DNA of 64,000 nt. It comes from Lama glama. Taxonomy: Eukaryota. The notes beneath the pieces are model-generated. The model had not been told where the DNA came from. It searched no databases and was given only the letters and a program-made list of their open reading frames with translations. Shown here one piece after another: positions 38,101 to 51,850 of the stretch (position 1 is the first letter of the stretch; the number at the start of each line of letters is the position of its first letter). The position numbers and the translations under genes were made by a program. Location of the stretch: assembly GCA_028534125.1 (NCBI GenBank), contig CM052816.1:47060001-47124000 (forward strand). The letters run 5' to 3'.

Positions 38101-41100
38101 CTGGACTCTACACCGCTAAAAATGAAAAGAATAAACAAACAAGACTTCCAATTTCTATAGTTGGGTTCAAGTGAAATGTAACTTTTCTGAGCAAAGCTCT
38201 GAAATTGGTTTAGTAATTTGGGGCTAGAAAAGAATTGGTCAGGGTAGAACCCTTAAAAATCCACTTTCTAATATGATGACGAATACAAACAAATGACAAA
38301 TGAATCTACATTTAGCATATCTGTATACATATATCTACATAAAATATAGAAACCTTGGTGCACTTAACAAGGGCTCGATATTCATTTTAGTGTATTTATT
38401 ACTGCTGATATCTTTGGGGCACTTACCAATTGTAAATCTATCTCATTTCTTAATCTGTTCTAGAGTTTGATAGTAAATACACAAGTTAGTGTGATATATT
38501 TCACTGCTGTTAATAATAAATTACTGCATACCATATTTTAAATGTTTTAGTAGACTAATAGTTTCTCTCAACAACTTTAACAATACAGTATAACTGTAAA
38601 TTCTCAAATTGCATATATTGGATTCCTAATAGACATTAAATATTACTAAATATTTTCTTGTTTTGCATATTATTTTATTTTAAAAGATGTGGAGTTTTCT
38701 TTTAACACTTGGAAAAACAAATATTTGTTGCTAATCTCATACACTTATTTTAGCTTAGAGTATATTAGTGATTATTCTGATTATTTCATATTAATAATTG
38801 CTCTTTTAAAAGTTGATCTCTCATTTGGGGGATTGGGTTTTAAATATAATGTTAAGATTAGTGTGATTAAGTACTTTGAATTCTTAGATATTGTTAGAAG
38901 TGGGTAAAATGAATATTTAAGTTGAATGCTTTTAGAAGTTCTTCTAAAACTATTGTCAGCTTTATTTTGTAAAATCTGCTTCAAAAATTAGTCTACCACT
39001 GTGAATGAACTGCTTTTAATAGAGAGATGGAAAAGGAGGGGAGGGGAGATTCAGGCAGAGAAAAATGTCAAGTGAATCAATATGATTAATTAAATTAAAT
39101 GTGGATTCATAAAGCTCATATTCATAGATTTACACAGTATATTCACAGTGACATTTAAAACATTTTTTGAAAATCCCTAAATAAAGTCCCATGTACATGA
39201 AGACATTTTCCATCTTTAAGAAATTTTTTAAAAACTTAACTAGATAATAGAATCATATAACTATTGCCAACTACTATACGTTTCAATAGTTTTTTGACAG
39301 AGAAACAGGAAAATTTTTAAATATGTAAAAATTTTAAAGGAAATTATATCTATTTTTGCTACATTCTGAGATGTCTATGCTTAAGCCAATAGAAAATCTT
39401 GGCTACTAAATTAACATAGTAGTCTTGTTTTAAATATGTATCAAGGTCATTTTGGTGTTAGCGCATTAAGATTACAACTCTATGCTGTTCTTCTACTAGA
39501 GAACTAAATTGTTAAACTTAGTAGGTCAAATATTTATAAAAACAAAAGTTAATTTTCACTTTTGTAAAAAAAAAAGTTGTGAAATGTGATGTAGACGAAA
39601 AGAACTGGTTCTTAGGTTTCTGAAATACCTTGTTTTTTAAAAAATTCAGGTAATACAAAAATAAAATACCTTCCACCTACCTGTAGAACTAACATCTGTC
39701 TATGAATGATAAAAATGACAACAGGGTTTTTAACACGGCACAGCACCTAAAATACGGGATTTGGAGAGAATATTCAGGTTCAGACAGTACTTAACAGTGT
39801 GAATTGTACGTAAGTCAATTTAATTTAAGAAAATTAATAGTCTTCAGGTATCATTCTGAATTGTTTGTGATTACTTCCTCCCCAAAATGTTAGTGGGTTT
39901 CGCCCCCAATCCTGTATATTTCAAATTAGTATAAAGCTTTTTATTTCTGCTTTCGTGAGGAATATATTATATTGCTTTCACAAAAATCCAGTCATAGCTT
40001 AAGCTACTTTAACAAACGACAGTTTTTTTCCCCTGTAAAAAAGGTTCCAAGATAAAGATTTTACATCACAGAGAAAATGGAGCAAAATTGAGAGAATATT
40101 TTATTTCCTGCTATTGATGATGAAAAACAAGGCAACAAATGTAATTGGTAAAACAAACCCCAAAGGAAGTTTCAAGTATCTCAGATTAGGGGAATATTCT
40201 TCATTGTAAATAGCTCAATTTTATCTCTAGAACCTAAAATATGTATCCCTGCCCCCTCCCCCACCCCCATCTTGCATCCAATTTCAATACTTCAGCCTTA
40301 TCAAAGTAAACAGGCTATTGTTAGAATAGAAGATCCAGCTAGGTTTGAGGGCTGCTGCCACTTCCCTCTATGCCTAGCACAATTCGGTGCCAATAGCTTT
40401 TGGAAAAGGGAAGAAAGAAAGGTCCGCTCCTGTGCTGTGTGGAAGTAAAGGGGCAGAGGGGCATCACTTCAATCTCTTGGCTCTGGTCCTTTCTCACTCT
40501 CGCATCTCCAGAGAAAAGAGATGCTCTTCATTCACAAAACAAAACAAGAAAATCTCTATAATTATTTTTGGCTCAGCTCCATTGAAATTCATTCTCCTGG
40601 AAGCATCTCTGTTTTAGATTAAAACAATGCTGAGAATATTCATTCTCTGCTCGCTCTTTCTTACACACCACTCCTGCGTGCCACCCACCCCCAACCATCA
40701 CTCGCCGCACCCCCCTCCCCACCGTCTTTCTCTTGCTTTCTTATTTCTCAGTCTTGGTTTCTCTTGCTCTCTGAACCTGCCTTTGGCTGAATTTTTTCTC
40801 AATCATACCAAAGTTATATCTCAGAGGTTTTTAACATCAGTGCCTTCAAGTGCCTACTCAAGGTCGTCATGTTTAACGTCAGTTGTTCACGTCTCATACC
40901 CTCTTCCAACCAGGAAATTTCCCCAACCCTATGTCCCTGATCATGTCTTATAGTTGTTGAAATGTGATCCGATGTTTCAAGCCAAAAAAATATATCGCTT
41001 CTAATCTTATCCTCGTCAGTAAAATTGGGAACAAAATTTACTTTCTCTTTCCTCAGCCTTCTAAACATTAACTGAATGAAAACAGGTAGTCCTCAAAAGA

Positions 41101-43973
41101 TGGGTGAAATCTTCATTGTCCATAGGGGGTGGTAGTTACTGAATTCCAGTGGTAAAGCATGGAAAATTTTTATTTTAAAAATCCGTTATTTAGTCACTGT
41201 CAAAATTTCATTCCTGAAACCACATAACTATTAAAAATGTTTTTTTCTATCACTATAACTTTAGTTTTTTTTCCTTGAGGGCAAAAAATATTTTACCATT
41301 TTCCTTTTTATTAAGGCAAAAAAATTTCAGCAAATGGAAAGTAGTATTCCTGCTTCACATAGGTTGTGTGTATACCTATTAATAAAAGTTATTAATGTGC
41401 TGTGAAACATGGGATTCTGTTTCCTGAAACAGTGGATTCATTTGGGCTCTTACCACAAGGTAAGAACTTTATTTATGATGTCTTACATTTTGTGGAATTC
41501 AATTTCTTATACCTTTCCATTCTTGACGACAAAAATTGTTGATAAACCTTTTATAGAAAGAGGTAGATCTGATATCTACTTTCATTAGCATTAACGCATC
41601 TTTCTATTTCTCACTTTCTAATTGGAATAATGTGTGCTCCTTTCAAATTTTGGGTTGTTAGCAAAGTCATCAACCTTAGTACCTATCACCCGTGGAGTGT
41701 GCATCCTATTTCGGGGTGCATTTCTGGTCCTTACAACAATGAACGTTTTGTGTGGATATACTGTAATCACATACAAGTAAGTCCTAGTCTTCCTGCACTA
41801 TCTTGACAAACAAAACAAAATCCTGACAGTTGCCCAGATGTGAAATGTCTCTGGGATTTCCTATCTGCCCAATAACAGTCCAGCAATCTTGTAAGCATGC
41901 ATTTAAAAGAGTTTGGGCATCTAATTCTAAGACCTCACAAGAACCCTGATTACTGAACTCTATTTGATTTACCAAATAAAGAGAGGGAAAGGGAAAAAAA
42001 AAAAAAAAAAGGAAAACCACACACATTGCCATTAATTACACTGTAAACATTTAATAAATATTCTCTCTTTCTATCTTTTGCCCTTTTCAAAAGGAAAGGT
42101 GGTAATTTACATGTACTATGCCTCTGCCTCTTTCCTCTCATTGTTTTATTTCTTTTCTTTCTGGTTTTTTTTTTTTTTAACTTCTGTGGAAAAGAGGTGG
42201 ACATGTTTGAGAAGACAGAAATGTTTACCTAGCACTTTTTTTTTCTTCATATAAAAATACAGCCTGGGCAATTTTACTGTGTCTTATGACCTTTGCTAAA
42301 CCTCAAATTCTGGAAGCTGCATTCTAATTACAAAATGTTGTAAAGGGAATACAGTAGGAATACAAAACCCTTGATTCTCAGCCAAATGAGAGGAAATTTA
42401 ACAGCAATGTATGGTTGCAGGAATGGTTATGTTTGGGATCCATATGCATGTTCAACTCACACATTCAGGCAGTGCAATAAAGCAGGGAAAAAACAGCTGA
42501 TACACAAAAGGGACCGTCTAGACAGTACCCCATCAGTCTGGCTAAATTTGGTGCTGGCATTCCCAATGGGATTGTAATATAATTGTTCTGGTGTCTGCGT
42601 TCATTCCCCCTGTCAAACACCATTCCAAATATACATCCTTCTCCCCCAACCCTATTTCTTCCATAAATATGAAACCCAAACTGTGCCATGTTAGAGAGGG
42701 TTGTTAGATGGCCCAACCTTAAGAAAATGTTATAATTTAGCAAAACTATGTTATTTAATTCCTTTTTAAAAATCCTCCTATTACTTCCAAACTCCACATA
42801 GAAATAGTTTCTAGCAAATTTTAGTAATTTAAATTAGAACTTGGAAAAATTTTTAACGCAAATACAAATAACCTTGAAATGTTGAGCACTTTAGAAGAAA
42901 GCAAATAGGCCTTTTTACCCCTTTATATTTATTAACCTCTGTTAGAAAATTTAACAGAAATCAGAGATGTGAAAGTGTAATGATGGACATGGATCATAAA
43001 TTCTAATGAAGTAAAAGCTAATGAAAAAAATGTTAAACAAAAGCACTGAAGAAAATGCAAATTGTGTATTTTTTCTTTCTTGGGTCTAAAAGCTGTAGTT
43101 GTTTTTTTCTCTTTAAACAGCTTTTGAAAGTTTAATTTCTGTTTATAAAGGAATTACTATTAAATATTTGGCTTTTAAAAAAAGGAAACCAGAAATATTT
43201 CCCCAGCGATTTGTAGTTACTATCAATGTTTTAAAAAATATTCTGGTTTATGACATCAAGAAAATGAAAATCACTACTTATAGAATAAAATAAATGAAAA
43301 AGCTCATCATTAAGCTGAAAAATGCACAGATTATTGACAAAAATGCTTATAATCTAAAAACTTTCACAACATCGAAATTAAAGCTGTCAGAATCCTTCTT
43401 TTAAGGAAAATGCAGATTTCAGGGCTGCCATATAATAGCCAGATATACTTATTTTATGTTCTAATATTATCACTCCTGGGTCTTGTTTAGATATTAAAAT
43501 TAACCAGGAAGTCTGTTTTTAAATCTTTTTTTCTTTTAACCCCAAGAAAAATGATCTTGTGAAAGAGCTTGGGCTGTTTGTTTTGTTTTGCTTTATTAAT
43601 TGTGGGTCTATACTTGTACTTCCTATTTTGGAGGCTGATAATGCTTTCCCTGATCCTGTAATCAGAAATTTGTTTCCCATCTCAGCTATTTTGAGATGCT
43701 GGATTAGGATCCCAAGTGAGTGAAGAAAGTCTCCCCACCCCCACCAGGGACCACTCTAACTAGAACAAATTCAAAGAAAATACTTCAGGCACTAGCTCCT
43801 GGCTGCCTCCAACTCCAGGAGACTGAGACAAGCCCACCAACCAAACGGGGCACACAAGAAATGGCTGTTCCAGGAAGTAGCGAGATATAGGGCCTCAACT
43901 CACACAAAGACAGCACAATTGCACAGAAAATCACCACCAAAACGATCAGGAAATACTCAGATACGTTTTATGG

Positions 43974-44063
43974 ATGTCTTAAAATTCTCACATGGAAACG
44001 AAAGATTAAGGATTATAAATGTCTAAAAATTCTCACATGGAAAAATAAGATTAGGAGATTGTA
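43974..44063 (+). repeat. Two-copy tandem duplication, period 45 bp
   Basis: atgtct(t/a)aaaattctcacatggaaa...aagatta starting at 43974 and again at 44019. Confidence 0.85.
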
Positions 44064-44437
44064 TCCTTACATTTGTACTTTTAAAAAAGTGATTTTATAT
44101 CTTTTCCTTCTTTGTCTGAAATTGTTCTGACTTTGCATATGGTTACGAGAACCACAGTCATTAAAAAAGACAACCAACTGATATTTGAGCAGCGTCTGCC
44201 TGAAGCTGGGTGCTTTGTTTGTGATTGTTTTTTATTTGCTTTATTTTATTTTATTTTTTTACAATATGTACTGGTAGAAAGTGAAAGAAAGACACGCTGC
44301 AGGCCTCTTTGAGATGAAACAGTGTAGCAAAATCTGAGTTTTATACTTGGTTTGCAAACTACTGAAGACTATCCTATGAGACCTCTTAGGTCTTAACTGG
44401 ATTAAAATGAATATATTTGTTCTCTGGCTCTTTGCAG

Positions 44438-44615
44438 CTAACTAATGTGCATGTGAATTGCTAGTGAGCGAGGGAGCGGGTGAGAGCGAGTGGCTGTGAC
44501 ACCGGGAGAGGATGCGGGCTCCAGGCTGAGGGTGACCGTGTGAAGGAGCGTGCAGGACCGTGTGGGCCGCCTCCAAAGAGGGAGAGAGATGAAAATTACC
44601 AGGCCTTGGAGTCTG
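44438..44615 (+). other. Candidate 5'UTR/lncRNA exon (first or internal)
   Basis: Acceptor ttgttctctggctctttgcag|C at 44438 and donor CTG|gtgcgt at 44615. GC- and CpG-enriched relative to flanks. ATG at 44589 gives MKITRPWSL in phase 0. Confidence 0.45.
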
Positions 44616-44714
44616 GTGCGTTTTGTCTTGTCGGGAGCCACAAGAGGAGCTTAGTGGGGAGATGAGGAGGGAGGAGAAGGGTAGGGGGAAAGAGAGGGTG
44701 GAGAAGGGGGTGTG

Positions 44715-44758
<44 letters not shown>

Positions 44759-45010
44759 GCGCTGAGCTCCAGTTATGGCTGAGCCTGGGTTTTTGTTTTG
44801 TCGGTTCCCAGCATCAACAGACCAGAATTTCAGGTTCAGGTTGGAGTGCGTGCAAAGGGATCGTCGTTCGAGTCTCTTTTTCTGGTCCTTCGCTATGGTT
44901 GCAGCTCAGAACGTTACTGCTGCTACTGAGGGGGTTTGGGGGGAGCAGCAAGGGATGGGGGTCTGTCTGCAGCTGCCCCTCTCACACTTGAATAAAAGAA
45001 CTTTTTTTTT
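44440..45010. promoter_or_regulatory. Promoter-like GC/CpG-enriched block with G-rich tract and (GT)n
   Basis: Local CpG retention in unique sequence, a purine G-run tract at 44655-44712 and (GT)20, all inside a repeat-poor domain. Confidence 0.5.
44717..44756. repeat. (GT)20 microsatellite
   Basis: 40 nt of perfect alternation. Confidence 0.95.
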
Positions 45011-48000
45011 CAGGGGTAGGGGAGCTGTGAATACCTTTCCCAATAAGAGATGAGGCATATTGAAAACTATATTAAATTACCCTGATTAACAATTTAGCCA
45101 CGAACAGGGGAGCTTTGGGAGATCTCTATAGGCAGGACTGGGGGCTATTCATGCCAGCAGCTAAGAGGTCGAAAGGTTTCTGAAGTTCACAGGCTCAGAG
45201 CCTTTGTTATGCTAACAGACAATCTCAAATCAGCTGCCTAGTGGAGTGTGAAATATAAATGATTCCTTGAGAACTTCCAATAAGTTGTCACTCTTGCTCT
45301 CCAAATACCAGGACAGGCTGCTAATTTCTAGCAGGCCCTTTTGCAACATCGCTAGCCCTAAATGAATGCCTTTGTAGTTCAAATAATCTTTTCAAGGGAG
45401 CTGTCCTATCATCATAGCCCAAATGCATCTTGGTTTTGACTATTAAATGAAAATCAGGGCTCAGCAGTGCTTGACTTTTCCAAGCGGCCCGATGTTTGGG
45501 AAAGGTGGTGGCAGCTCTCATGCACAACAAGTTAGCACCCGCTGCAGGAGGGCCGGGGCATTAATAACAGCCGAGGCCCCAGGAGCTACCCTAACTCTCA
45601 CCCCCACTCCCTACCGGGAACAATGCTCCGGGAGAGATTTACGTGGCTTCCCTCAGGCTAGACTACCTTCTTCTTTCAACCACACCAACATTTCTCTGAT
45701 TTATGAACCCTCTGTCCAAGAGGACAGCCAGCTGACCTGCTAGCATCTGACTGGTCACTTCGAAACATCAACTTTGGAGATGGATGTATTCATTCTTCAG
45801 GGCAGAAGAGGCCAAGGGGAAGAGGGCAAGGTGTGTGTCCAGGCCCTGCCCCTCGTATCAGATGCCTGTGGAAATTATTTTATCATTTGCCCACAAGAAG
45901 GATACAAACACGGCTTATGATCTTGGATGTGACCTTCGAGCATGTCCAGATGGATAGGAAAAAGGTCCTGGCTCTTTGAGTCTGAATGACAAAGCTTTTA
46001 AAGTAAGGAAAACCATTTCCCCATCCTAAAACCCAGACAAACTGGGGAGAGTGAGAATGAGACTCTATCTGGGAGAGTGTGCCCCAATTAAACATTCTAG
46101 TAAGAAAGGACAAAGCTAATTTATACAAATAAAGAATACACGGAAAAGAGAAGACAGAGGCCAAAGGAAATTAGAAATCCATCTGTATCCGTCTTCACCA
46201 AAGGAAGGGCTGAAACCTTTACAGTAATACCTTGGATCCTAGACATTTTGATATTTCTAACGCCATGTTCTCACCTTCTTTACTGAAATACAAAAAGGTC
46301 CACATAGCGCAGAAATCTGCTTTTTCCAAACAGAGCAGGTTTGATTTTTGGCATGGAGTGGAAAAAAAATCAGATGGCCTTAATTTCTTAGTATATTCTT
46401 AGGGTAAGTTTATAAACATATAAGCATATAGAAGCGATGCATTTCAATATGCCGCCCTTGGGTAACTTTATGAAGCTCGATGATACAGCTATACAGAAAA
46501 AGAGGGGCCTTGCTTACCCTGAATCTTCCTCCTCTCACTACACCGATTAATAGAGTTACTGACTACAGTGGTTTAAAAACTGTGCATCAGAAATGGTCGG
46601 GGAGCTCATTTTGATGCTATAGAGACTGACTGAAGTAAACACTTTTTTCTACCTTAGGTATACTAAGACTGATGACTGTATATTAAAACATTAATTAAAT
46701 ATAAATAAGAATGCTGCTATAATTCGTACCAGTTTTGATATCATCCAGCTTACTTGCTTAAGTCATTTTTGTTTTTGTTTTTTTAAGCCAGGATACAACG
46801 TACAATGGTAAAGGACTCTGGGATTCAGCTCAGAGAATTTAGCTATCAGTGTTGAGGAATCAGATCATCATTTGTCTTTCAAAACCTCATTTGTTTCGCT
46901 CAGCCAAACAACCTGCAAATAATATTGGCTCGAAAAATTAGTTTAGATTACTTCCACTAAAGGAGTAAAAGTTTGTAATTTCTGCTGTCAAATACCAGAA
47001 TTAGACAATAATTCATTATTGATCCACTCACACCTTTTTCAGAGGGACTTAGGATCCTTGGTTACCCTTATTTCAGACATAGCAGAATGATTGGCTTCAT
47101 TTGCCATCTAATTACACAAAAATGAAGGAACATTGGTAGCTAAAAGTTCAACGGATGCAACACAACTTGCTTAAATTTAACTTCTTGTTCCCTTTCTATT
47201 TTTTAAAGATTTAATTAATATTAAATTGTAAGTATCTACAGGTTATTGACACATGCTGAACACTGAAAGGAGAGACACCTTCCCTGGGCTCCCAAATACT
47301 TATTTTACCACTTCCAAGTGTCCTCTCTCTTTCCCGTCTTTAACACATCAAAACAGGGAAGAAAGCGCTTTTGTGTTAAAACTACAGAGAAAACATTGGA
47401 GAATGTGTCAATGCTGTGAATACCCTCACCAGTTTGGGGGCTGGTTTGTTTTTCCCCCTGCCGGGGTATTTCTTTTCCTTTTGCTTTGAGTCTTTAAACT
47501 CTGGCCACTTTGAGAAAAGCAGTGGTTGAAATGAAAACTTAGGACAAATTGCGTTAAACCTGTGTGTTGCCAGAGTATGAGCGTGATGAAAGCAGTGTGG
47601 GGACATGGCAGAGCCGGAGCAGCTCTCCACACACAGAAAAATTAAAATAAAATTAAAAAAATAAAAGCCAGTCCTTTTTCTTCTTTCTTAAATACTTCAG
47701 AGCCAAAAGAAAGGGAATTCCTGTTTCAAAAAAAAAAAAAAACAACAAGTTTCTAGGGTTGCCATTTCTGCAGGGGGTGATGTCTGAATGTGTGGGTTTG
47801 TGTGTGTGCGTGTGAGTGTGTGTTTGGGGAGAAAAGAAAGGATGGGGGAGGAGGGAGGGCAGATAACTTTCCTGACATATTAATTCTTTAGATAGCGGTA
47901 AATGAATGGTCCAAATAGACATTTGTTTCCCTTAATAGGTTTGGTACAGGTCTCTTACAAGCTGTGGCATATGCTTCATTTATATGTATATTTATTTAGA

Positions 48001-51000
48001 AGGATAGAGAATAATAGGCGTAGTTTGTCTGTAGTCGCAGTTATTATTTAAAGTCCAAAGAGGTTACAACTTTTTTCTACTCCAAACATGGATACAAAGG
48101 TCTCTTGTCTCTGCCTCCTGCGTGATGTGGAGGGCCAATTAAAAATAAAGATAATATTCCAACAGTCGAGCCTCGGGAGGAGAAAGAAGGAGGCTAAAAG
48201 GCAAAATGCCTCCAAGATGGCTGCCTCTTCCTTCTTCCCCCTCCTCACTGCCTGTTTTCCGCATAGACATTAATGTACTACTTTGTTTAGAAATCACACT
48301 GTAGGTCATTTGTAAATGAGGCAGTCTCAGAGGCACCAACATCTGCCTAGAATGCTCTCGTGATGCCATCGAGGTATAGAGAGATTAAAATGCAAACATT
48401 CAAATGTATTTAGATTTGTACATAGTGGCTGGACTCACACACATCCACACTTGAATGTGTGAACAACACACACAGCTGCAAATGGAATAAAAGGCTGAAA
48501 TCCTTCTTAATTCTTAGGACAGAAGGGCAAAGGAGAGCGCCAGGCCGCCACCTTCCTCCCCAAAGGTTCAGAAATGCACTGTTCATGGTCTGGATTCGAT
48601 TTTTTAAAAAAGATATATCTTACTGATGACTCTCTCATTAGGCGGACTTCTGAAGTCTGGGGAGACAAGATTTCCATAAATTATCTCTCTAACTCATCTC
48701 ATGCTGGTGCAAAAGGCAAAGCTAAAATTGTTTTTTATTTTTTGCATTTAAAAAAAAAAGAGCATACCATGTTAACCAGCTTCCTGGCTAACATGTGAAA
48801 GGATTAAGAGCTCTAGTAATTACTGCTATTAATTATAATAAATATCTATTCTCAATCATAAAATCCCACGCATAAGGCTAAACTAAAATAATGCGGAGAA
48901 TAAATAAAAGTATATTTGGGGCTTTAAACTGATTCATAGCAGGTTACTGTGTAGACTGGCGTGCACTGGGCATAGAACAAAGCAAATGGTTTAGCTCCTA
49001 TAGGAAATATATTAAAAAGAAAAAAAGAAAAAAAACCCACAACCCTTTATCTAAAAGCCATCAGGGACAAGCACTCAATACAAGTTAACAAGCAGGAACT
49101 GATAAGATAACATTTATATGAGGTCAGAAGTCAAATGCCAGTCAAAGGCTTTTAACCTCTTGGGTCATAAACAGGAATAGTTAAAAGTGAGAGGTAGTTA
49201 TTTATCGGATTTTAAGGGTACCTGATCATTGCCAGAGAATCACCGATGATGAAACTAATTAGGATTTATAGAAGAAGAAATTTGTTCAAAGAAAATTAAC
49301 CTACAAACCCGCAATTCTTCAATTGGTAGGGAGAAAAACAAACAAACAAAATTCTGTCTTTTTGAGGGAAAATAAATCTAGCAATTTAAAAAAGCTTTAG
49401 TAACAAAATCTCTCTTAGAAATAATAATTTATGGCTAATGTACATATTGATTAATAGATGCTGAATGATATACCTTATAAATTCTGTATTAACAATCTAA
49501 TAGCAAAAATCAGCATTACATAATTTATTTCAATTTTGCTTTTTTTCTTTTACTCTCCTTTCAGACCTCCTAAATTAAACAGAATTTAACTCCGATATCA
49601 CAATACTTCTTGCTCCCAGAATGCCATCATTTATAAATTTAAAAAAATACGTATTCGAATAGCAATTATTTTAAAGCATCAAAATATCAAAACTAGTTAA
49701 TTAAATTTTTATCTTAATTTAGCCGGAAAAACAGATGTCACTCCCTTTATTTGCTTGCAGAATATTTTCCTTTGTTTTGATTTCTGCCCTTTTTTGTCTT
49801 CTCTTAGGCTTATATTCCAAACTCCCAAACAGTTCCTGGTCCCAGAGTTCATGCTGGCTTATATTTTCAAAGCATACCTCCCCCCTTTTTCTCTTTTGCA
49901 ATAAAAGAAAGCAGATCTAGATATTTCTTTCTAGAGAGAGAGAGGGATTGTTGGTAGGCCTGCTAAGGCCCACTGTTTCTTTAAACAGAGTCCACAATAC
50001 ACTAGGCGAACATTGTGGATTTAAAATGCTTTTAAATATTTATCAGAAGTATTTTATCATCATATTCAAATGACACCTGGAGTGCACTCACCTTTATTGA
50101 CAATCTCTGTTCTGAAAGTCCATTTGCTTCCTTAAAGCCCCCCAAGCAGAACAAGGACTACCCGTTTTCATTCAGTTAATGTTTAGTAAAAAACCAAGCA
50201 ACCTTAATCAGCATGCTGATTGCATCGTCAACTAACAAATAATTTACTACTCTGAGCATTGCATTCCATTAAAAGCTCATTAAATTTTCTGTTCTCCAAT
50301 GGGAGGTTTAGCTTTTGAACTGCATGCTTTTGCTTCGAATGATCATTTATTCAATTTTTGCAAAATGTTGTTTTTTTTTTTTTCCTAAAGTATAGGTGAG
50401 CATTTCAATACCTATAGACTGCAGACACATGGAAACACAGCCTAGGGCTTAAGAATGTTCCATTTGATTTATAAACTCTGTTTAATAAAAATTCAACGTA
50501 ATCTCTTGCACTTTTAGGAAATCCTGAAATCACTGGGTGTATCTGTGGTGATGTGTGACCCAAACATAGCCTCAGAGATATTAATACAGGATAGAAGATA
50601 CCAAATCCCTTTTTTAAAGCTTAAATTTTCCTCTTCCGTGTATTATAGCTATTGTTTTTTTTTATTTTTATTTTTAGCCTTGTGAATAGCTGTTTTCAAC
50701 CGATTGAAAAAGGAGCATGACACCATGAAGCCCTCACCATATTTGATGCCCAACTTAATACCTCGGGTGTATGTCTGGGGGAGAGGGGCTGGCTAGTTAC
50801 CCAAAGAAATCCACACTTTCTGGGGTTCACCCATGTTTTACAAACTCAGAAACCCGCTGGATTATTTTCATGCCCAGACTCGTCTAGGAAAGCGTCTATT
50901 ATTATTAATTTAGGGAAATGTAGGAAAATCTCCAGCCCCCAAATTAACATGCATCTTTGGATTGCTAATTGTGCTCATTGCAAATTTGGGTCATTTTGCA

Positions 51001-51374
51001 TGAGTGACTCTAATGTAGGGCTGAGATTGCCACGCAGCACAGTGGATTCCTGATTCCCTGCACTAATCCTGAACTCGGTGATTGTGTCAGGTGCAGTGTG
51101 TGCTCTAGCAGCTGGCTCATCCTCATCAATGCAAATAAGGCGACTCCTACAATCAGAGCCTTGCGAGTGTGAGGCCTGATTGCTGAGGGCAGGCGAAAGC
51201 ACTACACAGACTCTCACTTTCAAATCACGCTAAGTGACAAGACAACTGCAATGTCCCTCCAGTTCAAAATCAACCTTTTGAAAACAAAACAGGAAGAAGA
51301 GGATGACTACAAAGAAGAGGAAAACCCTGGTGTTTGGGAAATGGACTTGTTTAGACGGGCTTTATTTAGATACA

Positions 51375-51545
51375 GAGATAATGTAAAGCACATTTCAACA
51401 AATAATTCTTTGACTCCTATTCTGTGCAAGATACTTTGTTTTAAGGGCTGCAGGGGATGCAAAGGTGAGGGAGGCACAGTCCCTGCCTTCAAGGAACCCT
51501 ACCATTTGATTGCACGAACTTGTAATAATTAAGATAATAACAGAA
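51375..51545 (-). mobile_element. L2 3' end fragment
   Basis: catttcaacaaataattctttgactcctattctgtgcaagatact...gcacagtccctgccttcaaggaac. Confidence 0.6.
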
Positions 51546-51619
51546 TTATTATTAAGGCGCAGTCACCAAAATCTTAAATGAAAAACCACAGAATGTATTT
51601 TTACAGGGACTATTTAGAG

Positions 51620-51850
51620 ATGGTGTTATAGCACAGACGTTAAGTGCAAGATGTTGGGCGGCTTGGGGTTCAAATCCCAGCTTTGCCACTTACTTGTTCA
51701 ACTCATTTCACTTTCCTACAACCTTCCTGTCCTCCTCTGCAGTGGTAGTGGCACAAGTACCTGTAGGGATCCTGGAAGAAGGAACTGAGACAGTGTGTAT
51801 AGCATGCTCGCCACAGTGCTTGACACATAGTAAGTGCTCAGTAATGTCAG
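51620..51850 (+). mobile_element. MIR SINE
   Basis: gggttcaaatcccagctttgccacttact...cacagtgcttgacacatagtaagtgctcagtaa. Confidence 0.8.

Noticed and set aside
44623..44991. 122-aa ORF with VCVCVC repeat
   Set aside because: Translation of the (GT)20 microsatellite and purine tract.
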